Source: Saprolegnia diclina VS20
Taxonomy: Eukaryota
Assembly (NCBI RefSeq): GCF_000281045.1
Contig: NW_008246151.1
Span: 1-40,446 of the forward strand
Length of the DNA stretch: 40,446 bases
Direction: 5' to 3'
Shown here piece after piece: positions 1 to 11,762 of this stretch. A model generated the notes under the pieces. It was not told where the DNA came from. It made no database searches and was given only the letters and a program-made list of their open reading frames with translations. Position 1 is the first letter of the stretch; each line of letters starts with the position of its first letter. The position numbers were made by a program, and so were the translations under genes.

Positions 1-1108
1 CGACAGGCGGCGATCATCGTCGCCAGCACTTGTCTAGTGTGGGAACCGAGGTACTCTGTGCCAAGAGTTCTAAACTCTGGGCTCTAGCTTGACCGAAGCG
101 CGCACCAGTTTGGTTGTTGGTACTGTACGATGCAAAGCTCCAAGTCTTGGAGTTTGCTGCCGTTGCGATGGCTGACGCAGGTTGGGCTAGCATCTGTTGC
201 GAGCAGGTGCTGCCATATTTTCGTCCTGACCACACGACGTTAGCTCTGGCTCCACCAAGCACCAAGCACCAAGTCCCTGACGTCGTTCAGGCTGCTGGTT
301 TGTCTCTCATACCCTGGCTTATACACGTACGTACTGGTTGCGACGTGATCTCTCTCTGGTTGATCCTTCGTAAAGGCGTTCGAGTGCTGTAGCTGGACGT
401 TGAGGTGTTGAGTTGGAGTGGGATGTATTCACTGTCGCGCGTCGAGACTCTGTCGCGAGGCGTCAATAGCGTCTCCTTGGGCGCGAGCTCTTGGCTGGAC
501 GCAACGCGTTTCAATCTCACTGCTGCTGTCGCCCACGTGCGTACGAGGGCTAGTTCGGACAGAATCAAACAAGCTCCAGATCCACGTGTTTGTGAGGAAC
601 CGAAGGCGAGCGGTCCATGGGAGGACCTTGGCTACTCCAGCTACCTCGTTGCAGACGGTCAAACCTTCCGGTTCGAGCTGGCGCGACGGGCAAAAAGCTC
701 TGGAGCGCCGAGGGTACCTCGAATATCGCGAGAGCCCAGATGTGTTTATTGCTGCGTCCGCCTGAGCACGAGTACGTCACCCCATTCCGCTTCGCGACGA
801 GCATGGCTTTGATCATTGGCTTGGCCCTTTGTTCTTGTCCAGCGCCAGGTATGAGCGTGCATCATGACCGGCAAGACGAAGGAAGTCGTTTTGGCTGGCT
901 GAAGGCGACGAGTAGGAAGCTTGCTACGAGCTGGAGCAAGGTTAGGAGGCTAAGTACAGTAAGTAGGAGGGTAGGTGTGCGGTGGCGCCAAACCCGAGCG
1001 TTTCAAAATCAAAATCGGGATTTGCCGATATTTATATGGAGACGTGCCGAATCTAGGGTGCTGCCGAATTTTGTACCGGCTGCTGCCATTTGCGATCTGC
1101 GGACAACC

Positions 1109-2194
1109 ATGGCAGGAATCTACCTTCAGCGCGCCGGCCGCCTCAGCCGCGCCCTTCGCCGCGGCGTCGCGACCAACCCAGCTCGCCCGACGGCGCTCGT
1201 GGACCCCGAGTGGGTGCTAGACAACGCAAGCGACGTCCGCGTCATCGACTGCGGGTCGCCCGATGGCTTTCGCCGCGGCCACGTGCCTGGTGCGAAGCTC
1301 TTCCCGATGCCAACCAAGGTTTGCACCGATGACCTCGCCTGCACTCGTCTTCGATGGCCGCTCTGTAGGACACGCAGGACCCGTTCGGGATGCTGCCCGA
1401 GCCGTACTTTCGCGCGTGCCTCCAGCACCTCGACGTCGGGAGCGACACGACGCTCGTCTTTTACGACGACCAGTTCAGTCTGGTACGCTACCAGATCGTA
1501 GTACCAGATGCAAACGATATGGCTAGAACGCGACGCGGGCGTGGTGGGTTGCGCGTGTCTACGGCGTGCCCCGCGACCAGATCAAGGTACACGTGGATGA
1601 CGTGCGATCCGACGACATACCCATCGCACGCTAGGTGCTCGACGGCGGCTGGCAGCGCTGGGTCCAGAACGACTTTGAGATTACTGTCGAGGACAAGGCG
1701 ACCGCGCCGCCATCCTCGCCGGATCTGCCTGAGCTCTCGTACGTCAACTCCATTCTCTTGGCCAGTCTCGGACAAAGAGGATTCGTAGGCCGCTGCCGGA
1801 GCGCTGTCTCAACCTCGCAGCGATCAAGGCGATTGTCGAAGACGCGTCGTCGCCATTTCAGATCGTCGACACGCGCTCCGACGGCGAGTTTACGGGCGCG
1901 ACGGCCAACGGCAACCAGCGCCCAGGTCGCGTTCCTCGCGCGCTGCACTGGGAGTGGAACAAGACCATCGACCCGAGCACAGGTCGCTTCAAGAGCGTCT
2001 CGGAGATCGCGGCCGTCGCCGACGCCTTGGGCCTTGTGGCCGACCGCCCGGTGGTCACATACTGCCAGCGTGCGATCCGCGCTGCGCACATGGCGTTCGT
2101 CCTCGAAGAGATCCTTGGCTTCAAGGACGTGCGAGTCTACGAAGGCTCGATGCTCGAGTACCTCAACGACCCGCTCACCCAAGTGACCAAGTAG
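1109..2194 (+). CDS. Tandem-domain rhodanese / sulfurtransferase (TST/MPST/SseA-like), 5 exons, probable mitochondrial presequence
   Basis: Exons ~1109-1318, 1369-1482, 1527-1586, 1635-1738, 1789-2194 join in frame via GT-AG introns. Motifs: LVDPEWV, RVIDC, GHVPGA, LVFYDD, ATRAWW, VLDGGWQRW, IVDTRSDGEFTG, RPGRVPRA, active-site TYCQRAIRA, VRVYEGSMLEY. The N-terminus is Arg-rich and lacks acidic residues. Confidence 0.9.
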
Positions 2195-2455
2195 CCCCTA
2201 CGATCTTAGTGCTCGCCAGCCTATTGCATGCGTTGATCATGTATACCTTGCGCTTCATGGTCCTCTTCTTCGTCCATGCATCTATCTGACCAAGCAGCAG
2301 GCATCAAGTCGTCCGCGTCCCGTATGCGGGCTCTTCTACCCGACACTGGGGCTTGTAAGCGACAGTGCAACTTCAACTCTTGAGAGCAAGCGCATCCGGA
2401 TAGAATATCCGGCGTCAATCCGCAGCACAACGCGTTCCACTTTGACGACAGCAGC

Positions 2456-4667
2456 ATGGAGCCAGGTCGAGCGCGTCTCCATGCTCCGTGGGCTCATTCT
2501 GCGTGTAGATGGAGGCTTCCTCACGGGCAGCTCCCGGCGGCTCAACTGGAGCCGGCCCACCGCGCTCACGCGCTCGACCTCGACCGCGTCGGCGTCGTCG
2601 CTCAAGACGCTGCGGAGGTACCTTTTGAAGCTGACTCCGATCGAGGGCAAGGACCTTCTGCCGCACGTCAAGAACGCCTACTGCACGCTCGTGCTGCTCG
2701 ATAAGGACATGCGCGAGATCAAGGGCGAGAAGCGCCGCACGCCCGTGAGCAAGTCGCCATCGAACCACCCGATGTGGAGTCCGCTCAAGAGCGCGGTCCT
2801 CCGCTCGATGGAGAGCACGGTCGAGAGCCACCAGCCGCTCGGGATCGGCGTCGCGGCCGCCGCCGAAGAGTACACGTTTGGTACGAACGTCAACTTGCGG
2901 AAGGCCAAGTACGTGCTCGTAAAATGCAAAGAGAAGGGCCAGGTGCAGACCGAGGACCTCGGGCGGCTCCTCCTCGCGCTCGACGACCTCGACACGGCCG
3001 GCATAGAGCGCCACGCGTGGTACGACCTGCAGCTGCACGCAGGCATGAAGCGCGTCCAAGGCCGTATCCGCCTCGCCTGCCGCATCGTGCGCGAGCCGTC
3101 GCGCAAGCAGCTCTGGCTCGCAGCCGAGCACATGCGCCAAGAGATCGTCGTCAAGGACCACTACCTCTATCTGAAGCTGCACCCGCACTCGTTCAGCGGC
3201 AAGGCAGCGGTCGAGTGGCTTCTCTGCCACGGCCTCAACCGCCCGATGCATGGTGGCATCACGTGCAGCACCGAAGAAGAGGCGATCCTCGTAGGCATGT
3301 GCTTGCTGCGCGCCGGCATCATCCAGCCCGTCTCGGGCGCATCGACGTTCCAGAACAGCACGTGGAAGTACTACCGGTTCGGCGTCCACCACCTCGACCC
3401 GCTCCTGCAGCAGGACAAGCAGCACGAATGCGACCTCTTCGTTTCGGATCAGCCGGTACGCTCATCTCTCTCGCACAGTATCACATGGGCGTAGGTGGCC
3501 GAGGTCGAGTACGAAGACGAAGAGCTCGCGGCGATGCCACTGCCGACGCCGCCGCCCACGTCGCGTCCCTTTCATCTCGACGAAGCCGAGTCGTACGAGG
3601 TCAAGCCGCCGCCAAAGGAAGAGAAATCACTCTCGATCGCCGACTTTGAGCTGCTCCGACTGCTTGGCACCGGCACGTTTGGCCGTGTTGTCTCGGCCAA
3701 GCACAAGCGCGACGGCCGCCTCTACGCCATCAAGATCGTCCACAAGTTTGGCATGGACGACGTCATGAAGCGCAACCTCAAGGTCGAGCGCGACGTGCTC
3801 CGGGAAGTCCGGCATCCATTTGTGGCATCGCTCCACTTTGCGTTCCAGAACGAGGACAAGCTGTACATGGGCATGGAATACCTCAGCGGCGGCGACTTGC
3901 GCTACCACCTGCAGCTCTCGCTCCGCGAGACGAACGGCCTCCTGCCGCACCGCCGCGTGCAGCTCTACGCCGCCGAGCTCGTGGCCGCGCTCGCCCATTT
4001 GCACTCGGTCAACATCATCTACCGCGACCTCAAGCCCGAGAACATTCTCATTGCCTCCGACGGCCATCTCAAGCTCGTCGACTTTGGCCTCTCCAAGGTC
4101 ATGTCCAAGTCGACCGACGGGCGCAAGAGCAAGACGCTCGCCGGGTCGCCCGCGTACATTGCGCCCGAAGTGCTCGCGGCCAGCAGCCAGCCCGCGCGCA
4201 AGGACGTGGCGTACTCGAGCGCGTGCGACTGGTGGAGTCTTGGCATCGTCCTGTACGAGCTCTACGTCGGCAGTACGCCGTTCGAGGATGAGAACCAAGC
4301 CATCATGTTCCGCAACATTGCCGAGGGGGCCCTGTACGTCCCCGACGAGCTTGGCGCGCCCACCGTCTCGCTCCTCGAAGGGCTCATCTGCCGCGACGTG
4401 AGCACACGCCTCGGCGGCGCCGAGAGCATTCCGTTGAGCATCATGCAGCACGCGTACTTTGAGGGCATCGACTGGGACAAGCTCCAGGCAAAGGCGTATG
4501 CACCCGAGTGGGTCCCGGACCGGGACGAGGTGTACGTCGACGACGAGTTCTCGACCGAGGTGCCCGTCGACACGCCCGAGTGGCGCATGCTGGACGAGGT
4601 CGACCGCGAAGCCGAGCGCGTCGTCGACTTTACGTATCGCCCAACCGAGATCATGTTCGGGCCCTAG
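2456..4667 (+). CDS. AGC-family Ser/Thr protein kinase with N-terminal C2 and DEP domains
   Basis: Likely exons 2456-2465, 2509-3455, 3495-4667 (alternative in-frame ATG at 2481). C2-like: LKLTPIEGKDL..AYCTLVL..DLGRLLLAL..WYDL..GRIRL. DEP-like: VKDHYLYLKLHPHSFSGKAAVEWL..EEAILVGMCLLRAGII..YYRF. Kinase: GTGTFG, YAIK, YRDLKPEN, DFG, GSPAYIAPE, DWWSLG. AGC tail: FEGIDWDKL..DTP..DFTY. Confidence 0.9.
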
Positions 4668-4899
4668 TCGTACACCATAATGTCATGTGTTCTCGTCGTT
4701 CCTCCGCCGAACACGAGTCGATGTAGCAGATCTGAGGTAGCTCAGTTGAGGTCCCGAGCGATGCAGCTTCGCCGGTCACGCCGTCGTTGAGCACGCTACA
4801 GATGCTAATGGCAGTGGCAACGCAGAACCCTCCCGCATCCCGTCCAAGTGCAACCGAGCGGGGTCGAGACACTGTTTTTTACACGATGTATACAGCCAT

Positions 4900-5866
4900 C
4901 TAGCTCTGGCGCGGTGGCACGTAGCTGCCATTGTTGGCTTGCTGCACAGCTGCCTGCTGGACGATCTGCGCATGTAGCGTAAGTCAAAGGAGGATGCATG
5001 CGCAAGGTACCTGCGTCGCGACCTCGGGCGACACGTGGGCGAACGCGTATGTGCCTGCTTGCGCCGCCAAGTGCGCATTGTTGGCAAAGACTTGGGCTGC
5101 TTCCTACACGGTCATTGTCGCAGGTGACGTCGGTGGACGCACGTACTTGCTCGCCGGCCGTGTACCCGACGGTCGGGTCCATGTCGGCGCGGAGGCTGCC
5201 GCTGCGAAAGGCCGGGTGCATTGTGATCACGATGAGGTTGAGCAGCGCGTTGAGACACATGAGGACGCCTGCGATCTTGGCCATGGCGTCAGCCATGCCA
5301 AAGTCCATAAAGCCGACGCTACAATGCCTCGTGAGATGCTGGCGAGAACAGCTCGTTCGTACAAGAAGATGAAGGCCGTGCGCCCGCGGTAGGTAAAGAG
5401 AAAACCAAACTGGCGGCGAATCAACGGCTCCATGGACGAGAACCGACACTCGAACGCCAAGAGCAGCATCGCAAAGATGCTACGCGCGGCGCATGAGCCC
5501 ATGCCTACGCCATCGGAGCAGCGTACATGACGTAGACGGCGATGAGGAAACTAGTAATGTTGAGCATCGCCAAGTCAAAGAGGCCAAAGAAGCCCGCGAG
5601 CGCCTGGAAGAGCGCCAGCACGACGTTGAGGTAGCGCATGTACTAGCCGCAGCAGCATGAGCGCGCGTCGGCCATGTGCCATCAGCATCGTACCCGCAGA
5701 AGCGTGTGCCCATCCCAGCTCATGAGGCTACACGCGCATGAGCCTCGCCGCATGCCATCGCATGCTGTTACCTGCGCCAGAAGCCGACGGGCGTCGCGCA
5801 GACCGACGGCTTGAGGTCCGCGTCGGCCGCGTCGTACAGCGGGGCCTTGAGGTCTGCCTGGTCCAT
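4900..5866 (-). CDS. COPI-associated / Tvp15-like Golgi membrane protein, multi-exon
   Basis: ATG at 5866 (MDQADLKAPL). Exons encode MRYLNVVLALFQALAG, IFAMLLLAFECR, RRQFGFLFTYRGRTAFIF (family FGFL..Y.GR..F motif) and IAGVLMCLNALLNLIVITMHPAF. Ends ..YVPPRQS* at 4900. Confidence 0.8.
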
Positions 5867-5953
5867 CGTCGCAAAAAGATATTTGGAAGCTGGTGTGAGA
5901 AACCTCTCATATATCTTCGTCGAAAGGTATTAGATGTCAAAGGTTTTCAAACC

Positions 5954-6544
5954 NNNNNNNNNNNNNNNNNNNNNNNNNNNNNNNNNNNNNNNNNNNNNNN
6001 NNNNNNNNNNNNNNNNNNNNNNNNNNNNNNNNNNNNNNNNNNNNNNNNNNNNNNNNNNNNNNNNNNNNNNNNNNNNNNNNNNNNNNNNNNNNNNNNNNNN
6101 NNNNNNNNNNNNNNNNNNNNNNNNNNNNNNNNNNNNNNNNNNNNNNNNNNNNNNNNNNNNNNNNNNNNNNNNNNNNNNNNNNNNNNNNNNNNNNNNNNNN
6201 NNNNNNNNNNNNNNNNNNNNNNNNNNNNNNNNNNNNNNNNNNNNNNNNNNNNNNNNNNNNNNNNNNNNNNNNNNNNNNNNNNNNNNNNNNNNNNNNNNNN
6301 NNNNNNNNNNNNNNNNNNNNNNNNNNNNNNNNNNNNNNNNNNNNNNNNNNNNNNNNNNNNNNNNNNNNNNNNNNNNNNNNNNNNNNNNNNNNNNNNNNNN
6401 NNNNNNNNNNNNNNNNNNNNNNNNNNNNNNNNNNNNNNNNNNNNNNNNNNNNNNNNNNNNNNNNNNNNNNNNNNNNNNNNNNNNNNNNNNNNNNNNNNNN
6501 NNNNNNNNNNNNNNNNNNNNNNNNNNNNNNNNNNNNNNNNNNNN
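5954..6544. other. Assembly gap (N run)
   Basis: Continuous Ns. Confidence 1.
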
Positions 6545-6652
6545 CGAGTGAAGATGTACTTGAGTTCGTATCCGTCCAGCTCATGCCAACCAGCGAGACT
6601 CGAAAAGCTCTGAAGTGGCAACAACTGCCCGTACGTTAAATAGCCGCCAATC

Positions 6653-7712
6653 TCACGCCGCATCGGGGCAGAGGAGGACGTCGACGAACGCGCGGTGGCT
6701 TCCGAGCAAAAGCATGTGCTGGATCGAGCAGAAACCCTGGGCGTTCAAGCGCAAGAACGACTCGGACGCGACTGGGAGGACCTGGAGACCAGCTTGGAGC
6801 AGCGTCCACTGAAAGCTCGCGGCGATCGTGGCTTCGACCTGCACCTGCACGATGGCCGTCGAGTCCTTATGGAGCTCCATCTCGCAGCTGCTCGTCGGCG
6901 TGTTTGCCTGCATGCGAAAGCACATCGCGTCGTCCGCTTGGCTGGTGCCCGTCGAGGAAAAGGACGTCGGGTGCAAGACGAGCTCGACGGCCGCACCGTG
7001 CGGCAGCTCGTGGAACTCGCTGCACGCGTCGTGGAGCGCGTTGGACGCGAGGATCATGTGCCCGAGGACCTTGGCGCTCTCAAAGCTCCGCTCAAAGACG
7101 CCGAGGCTGCAGTCGTTGTGCTCGTCGTCGACCATCGTCTTAATCGAGCACTCGGCGAGGACGCCATCGTCTGTCAAGACCATCGAAAAGACGCCTTCCT
7201 ACTCACAAGTGTCAGTTGACGCCACTGCAGCAAGTGACCACCTGCGCCGAGTAGCTGCATGTGACGGCGGTCGACGCCATGGCCGACGCGCCAAAGACGC
7301 CAAGTCCATCCAAGACGTGGTTGACGCAAATGCGGAAGCTCGTGGCCTCGGCCTCCAGATACTGGAACGTCTCGAAGAGGTCGCTGGACATACTCGTCTT
7401 GATCTACGCGGCGCCATGACCACGCATTCCTTGCAAACGACGCCACGCACCTGGAGCGACTTGCCCTTGGAGTGCGCGGTGAAGTAGAGCCCTATACAGC
7501 GGCCAAGGCATGAAGCGAGAGGCGAGAGGTGCATGCCACGGACCGGACGCGTCAATGTCGACGCGCACGAGCTGGTCCTTCTTGCGCCCGAGGAGGAGCG
7601 AGGCCAAGAGCGTGTACATGTGCTTGGCGTTGTCCATCGCACAGCTCATCGTCGTCATCGACGTCGGCGCCAGCGTCGGGTCGTCGTCGTACTCGTCATC
7701 GGTCGGCTCCAT
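6653..7712 (-). CDS. RAD1: Checkpoint clamp (9-1-1) subunit Rad1, 4 exons
   Basis: Spliced product: MEPTDD..MDNAKHMYTLLASL..IDASG|LYFTAHSKGKSLQ|IKTSMSSDLFETFQY..SFRICVNHVLDGLGVFG..|EGVFSMVLTDDGVLAECSIKTM..LRLNAQGFCSIQHM..FVDVLLCPD. This fits the Rad1/Rec1 PCNA-like fold pattern. Confidence 0.85.
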
Positions 7713-8774
7713 GGTTGCGGTCGTGCCACGAAATGCACCATTCCATTCGGCACACGCAACGCGAATGCCGAATATAAATCGGCCATACCGCTTTGGCGTT
7801 TGACGCATGCGATTGGCTATTTCGGTTGCATTTTGGACCAATCCCACGCGATTACAAACAAGCCACGCCGCCGCCGAGCCGCTGCGAGCGCCGAATCGAA
7901 TTGAAAAATGAAATCGCTCAAACTTAGCAGACAGATAGACGACACTTTGGGGACCAAGAAATGCTACTCCACGTCGGCGTACGAGGCCTGCAGCGACAAT
8001 TCTGCGTCGTCAAAGATATGGATTGCGGCATATGCCACAAATAGAACAGCAAGGTGCCACATTTAGCGACGGCGGCTCCCATTTGAGCTGCGTCAGGAAG
8101 CTGCGCCAGATTCCAGTGGCAATCATCAGTACGCTTGTATTCACTACGGAGAGCAATTGCTTAGTTGGCTTTCTTTTCTCCCTGCAGATACATGTAGTGT
8201 GTTCCGCTTGCACCTTCTACAGTCGGTATACAAAAAACAAGTACTAGTACAAAGGGCTGATCGATCAACTCTACTAGTACTAGTACACACAACAGCTTTT
8301 ACACGCTGCAATGTGCAGTCGAAGACGTCATTTGCCATTTGCCATCCAACTGCCATGACCACCACCGCTTCCTTCAGCCGCGCTACGTGACCGGCTGGCC
8401 AGGATCGACGCGCCACGACCACACACCACCAAGAAGCAACTCTTAGCTCGACGCCTCGACCGCCGCACAGCACTCCATAGGTCCAGACGAACCTGTCGAG
8501 TGTTTGGCTCGCCAAGCGCTCATGGCCATGGGCGAAGAGACTGCGACGGATGAGAACATCCGTGCACTCGGTCGCGCTTTGCTGCGAGCGACGACGGTCG
8601 ACGTCGTGACGATATAAAGGTCAGACGCGCCGGCAGTTTGGATGTCCACGTTGCCATAACGTCATCAGTGAAGTCATCTCGAGTCTGTCACATGGATTTA
8701 GCAAGCGCGGTGATCAAGTGACACTACAGTACGGCAATGCTGCGAGTCAACGTGAGCTCTGTCCCCCGAAGTGG

Positions 8775-9629
8775 CTAGCCCTTGACGTCGCCGTGCGCGG
8801 TGCTTGATGGCGCAACCCAGCCGCAGTGGGGACACGCCACTTGAACGGGCTCGAGGTCTCGCTTGGCGCGCAGGATGTTGATCTCTTCGTCACGGAGCTT
8901 GGCCGAGAGCTCAACGAGCGTCCGGGACGGCGCGTGGGCCGCGCGCGCCGCCGCCTTGGCCTCGAGAAGCCCCTGCCTCTGCGCCTCGTGGAAGCGCAGC
9001 CGCTCCTTCTTGGCCACGTTGGCGCGCACCTACCGACAAGAGGTCATGCGTCGCCCACCTCTAGCCACGTGTCGGGTACAGCGCTCGGATCGAGCAGCTG
9101 GCGCGCGTTGCCGATGCGATAGGGCGACCGGCAGTCGCGGCAATAGCCGTAGCTATCGAGGATTCCATGCCACGTGCTCTCGGGCGACAGCGTCTCAACG
9201 CCAGTTACGACGGACGCACGCAGTCGCTGGAGCTTCCACTGCACACTTGGCTGGCTCTGAACGCCCGTGAGCAGCTCCAGCGACTTGGCATACACGTCAA
9301 AGGCCACGACGACGCCCTACCAAAGCGCTGTGGCGCTGTGTCGAGGCGCAGAGCTCGGTACCACGAGCGTCGTTCGCGCCGTCGGCAGTTGAAGGCGCGA
9401 GCCTAGGCGTATCTACACTACGATCGTATCGTGGTCTGCGGTCGACTGCTGCATCTACCGTCACCGAGGCCGTCGTGAGCCAAGGAACGTCGACTGGACG
9501 ACTGCACACTGCGCACTTGGGTGCCGTCACCGGCGCGGTGCAGTACAAGCATCGGCCATGGGTCAGCGGACGCTCACCCAGCACGAAAGGACCGGCAAAG
9601 CGCTGCGCCGTCTCGTCGTGCTGCCCCAT
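8775..9629 (-). CDS. Hypothetical protein with four CxxC pairs (putative zinc ribbons), about 4 exons
   Basis: ORF pieces join through ~30-46 nt GT-AG introns: MGQHDE..CLYC..CAVC..|IRLGSRLQLP..|GVVVAFDVY..CRDC..WLE|VRANVAKK..CPHCGW..*. Confidence 0.55.
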
Positions 9630-9757
9630 TGCCGCTTCAAGATCTTAGTCCGCTATAGGTTGAAACATTGATACGGACGGTTGATGTCGTTCGTGTTTTT
9701 AAGATTACTACCTACGCCGTATCACGCAGAATTGATGGTTGCTGCTGAAAGATTGAT

Positions 9758-10939
9758 TTATTCGAGGTCGTGCTCGACTTCCTTGGCGGCGCCGGCCGAC
9801 TTGGCCGACTTCTTCTTCTTCGACTTCTTCTTGAGCGACGACGAGAGGATCGCGGCGATCTCGGGCGTGACCGTCTTGTCCGAGTTGATGCGCTCGAGCG
9901 GGAGGCTGAGGCCCGTGATCTTGGTCGTGCCGTTGGGCATGAGGAGCACCGTCGCCTTGAGGTGGGCAATGTGGTCGCCCTCACGGCCCTCGAGGATCGG
10001 GAACGGCGTGAGGAGGTCGTGCTTGACGCACTCGACAACACCCATGCGCGACTGCGACTCGTCCTCAAAAGCGCGGATCGTGAACGGAAGCGTCGGGAAC
10101 TTCGAGTTGATCTCGCTGAACACGTAGCGCGACGCCTTCATCTTGAGGCGGTAGCTCTTGTCGACCTGGCGCTTGAAGACCGTCGTGCGGCGCTCCGAGG
10201 CGACGGCCTTGTCGAGGCCCGTCGTGAAGGCAACGTCGATGGCGTAGACTTCGTTGGCCTCGAACGTGACCTTGGCCGTCTTGGCCTCGTGGTCGTGCTT
10301 CTGGGCGATCGTCTTGCTGCCGTCAATGACGAAGCGCTTCATCTGGTGCATGAGCGTGCCGTGGAGGCTCTTGACGCCGTACGACTCGGCGAGCGCCTCG
10401 AGGGCATCCGTGACCTGGTGGTTCGTGTTGCCGGGCTTGATCAAGCGGGCGCAGAGCTCAAGCGCGTCCTGGGCGCACTTGAGCACATCGGCCTGCGAGC
10501 CAATGACGATGAGGTCGTCGCCCTCGGCGGCGGGCACAATGACGGTGTGCGCGACGACGGCGATGTAGCCGTCAATGTGGCAGCCCAAGTCGATCTTGAC
10601 CCAGTCGCCGGCCTTGATCGTGGTCGTCTCGTTGGGCAGCGGCGAAAAGTGGCACACGACCTCGTTGACGCTCACGCACGTCGGGAACGCAATGCCCTTC
10701 TCGACCTTCTTGGACTTGTAGACGGTGGCGGCGCGGGCCGTGATGATGGCATCGCCAAAGGCGCAGAGCTCGACGACGCTCTTGCCGGGCGCGAGCTGGC
10801 CAATGACGCCCTCGAGCGCCGACTGCGCGATCTCGGCGGCAAGGCGGTACTTGGTCACGACGTCCGTGTTGCTGCAGTCCTCGATGACCGGGGCGTCGGC
10901 CTTGATCTCGGCCGCATCGTGCTCGCTGATGTCACTCAT
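9758..10939 (-). CDS. PA2G4: Proliferation-associated protein 2G4 / Ebp1 (non-catalytic MetAP2 fold), intronless
   Basis: VVTKYRLAAEIA, KGIAFPTCVSVNEVVCHFSP, VKIDLGCHIDGYIAVVAHT, MKRFVIDG, YRLKMKASR, FPTLPFTIRAF, Lys-rich tail. ATG at 10939. Confidence 0.95.
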   Translation of the reverse strand: MSDISEHDAAEIKADAPVIEDCSNTDVVTKYRLAAEIAQSALEGVIGQLAPGKSVVELCAFGDAIITARAATVYKSKKVEKGIAFPTCVSVNEVVCHFSPLPNETTTIKAGDWVKIDLGCHIDGYIAVVAHTVIVPAAEGDDLIVIGSQADVLKCAQDALELCARLIKPGNTNHQVTDALEALAESYGVKSLHGTLMHQMKRFVIDGSKTIAQKHDHEAKTAKVTFEANEVYAIDVAFTTGLDKAVASERRTTVFKRQVDKSYRLKMKASRYVFSEINSKFPTLPFTIRAFEDESQSRMGVVECVKHDLLTPFPILEGREGDHIAHLKATVLLMPNGTTKITGLSLPLERINSDKTVTPEIAAILSSSLKKKSKKKKSAKSAGAAKEVEHDLE

Positions 10940-11762
10940 TGTGGTGTTCGTACTGGAAGTGGGAATTTCGTCGACTGAAGCCAAGCCACTCGCTTCACCC
11001 GAGCTGCCAGCCACTCTTTTTTCTGGGGTCCCGGCGCGGGTTCCTTTTGAATTCACCAGAGATATCTTGATATTTGTATGTCAAATTGATTCTTGGGATT
11101 ATTATTATAGGTTTTTGCAGTGTATTTTTAGACTTTGGCCGTTTTTCCGATATGCGACGTCAGTTATTTTATTACCTTGGCATTTGAATGTCGATGGAAT
11201 AAAATTCGTGACAAAAAGTTGGGTGCGCCCAGCGTCAACCGAATATGACGCGCAGGTGCGCGATGAGCTGGCAGCACGAGAGGCCAGAACGAATGATGAT
11301 CGCGCCAAGACGCCGGGCGGATGATGGTGCAGACCAAGATTGAAAGACTAGATTTGAGTTATATCATCTACATTTGGTCTGAAAGCCCAACCTGAGTCCG
11401 AGAAACCTCAAGTGCATCGATGTGCATGGTCCTCTCTAGTGGAAACTCTAGTGATTTGCCTTTGGTAGCGACGCATTCTACAAGTTCGACTGCCTGGCGG
11501 CTCTGACGTCGATAACGAGCGAGTTGAAATGCAAGGCTGGGTATCGAACCCCTTCCTGGTGGTACATGTGCACCACTGTGTAGGCATGGATACACCATGA
11601 CTCATGGCTGCCAGGTCGTCCATGAGACCACACCATCTCAGTCAACACCAGGAAATCCTCCACTGGACACTTTGCTCGTTTTGTTTTATTGCATACAAAT
11701 ACCAAGCCAACGCGGTGTCGATGGAAATATAATTCTCATGATCGTCACGCGGGACGGGCGCC

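Noticed and set aside
1..870. Short plus-strand ORFs with a faint LRR-like phrase (LQVLEFAAVAMADAGWASIC)
   Set aside because: Interrupted by stops, weak codon bias and no second convincing repeat. It may be a decayed gene but I cannot support a call.
5738..6663. ORFs spanning the N run
   Set aside because: Artefacts of translating Ns.
7900..8700. Short ORFs and ACTAGT/GTACTAGTAC palindromes (8241-8286, similar word near 35093)
   Set aside because: No recognisable protein, TIR pair or TSD. The words are too short to separate from chance.
9770..10978. 402-aa plus-strand ORF, and similar long ORFs such as 15556-17346 +, 2415-3425 -, 3627-4451 - and 20960-22171 -
   Set aside because: Antisense shadows of real genes, caused by strong GC3 codon bias.
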